Assembly (NCBI GenBank): GCA_030167145.1
Contig: CP126532.1
Location: 1,890,001 to 1,922,000 of the forward strand
From: Ktedonobacterales bacterium
GTDB lineage: Bacteria > Chloroflexota > Ktedonobacteria > Ktedonobacterales > JADMIN01
Direction: 5' to 3'
DNA: 32,000 bases
Shown one piece after another: positions 31,828-32,000 of the stretch. The notes beneath the pieces were generated by a model, which did no database searches, was not told the origin of the DNA, and worked only from the letters and a program-made list of their open reading frames with translations. The stretch's first letter is position 1. Each line of letters starts with the position of its first letter. Both the position numbers and the translations under genes were made by a program.

Positions 31828-32000
31828 TAGCGCAGCACGAGCGCGCCGGTATCCCGGCTCACAGGCGGCGACGGCATGCCCCAGAGCGCCGCTACGATCT
31901 CTGGCATATCGCGCAGGCGCTCGTGGATATTGCCGTTGAGCTGAAGACGCAGGGCAAACGGCGGACCCACCCGCAGCCCCAGATACGGCACGTCCCCCAA
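31828..32000 (-). CDS. C-terminal end of an unidentified ORF running off the window
   Basis: Hand translation gives an open frame ...GDVPYLGLRVGPPFALRLQLNGNIHERLRDMPEIVAALWGMPSPPVSRDTGALVLR-TAG with stop at 31828-31830. It is truncated by the window edge and no family was recognised. Confidence 0.3.

Overview
High-GC bacterial window, about 65-72% GC in hand-counted stretches. PT-rich linkers and GC-hairpin repeats suggest a Chloroflexota-like host, but that is inference only. I recognised no rRNA, tRNA or CRISPR. Region 1-7.4 kb holds a TIR/transmembrane/PQQ-propeller protein followed by ordinary genes: PhoU-like, thiL, a lytic transglycosylase, queA and an SDR-VOC fusion. Region 7.5-28.5 kb is one minus-strand BREX type-1 locus that is expanded and rearranged. 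Its order is brxA, brxB, an intact but repeat-riddled PglX paralogue (1451 aa), a DUF559 Vsr-like endonuclease gene, brxC, a HEPN-like gene coupled to pglX, then the canonical-position pglX, pglZ and brxL. The canonical-position pglX is split into an MTase half and a C-terminal half by a 616-bp segment that carries an orphan 140-aa basic protein. A GC-hairpin repeat (CCCCCTTCCC-N5-GGGAAGGGGG plus a 14-nt tail) occurs 17 times inside this locus and nowhere else in the window. Twelve copies are in frame inside the pglX genes, five form the whole DUF559-brxC spacer, and two inverted arrays bracket the DUF559 gene. Other signals are a ~520-bp low-GC patch over the post-catalytic (putative target-recognition) region of the intact paralogue, a perfect 18-bp palindrome over a promoter-like element upstream of pglZ, 11-bp phased CTTATAC repeats upstream of DUF559, and an antisense promoter/terminator pair inside the pglX split. 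Region 28.8-32 kb holds small poorly characterised genes: a membrane-anchored protein, a 108-aa orphan, an XRE-like HTH and an HNH-like zinc-finger protein. All calls rest on reading the ORF translations and the sequence by eye. No HMM, BLAST or folding program was run.
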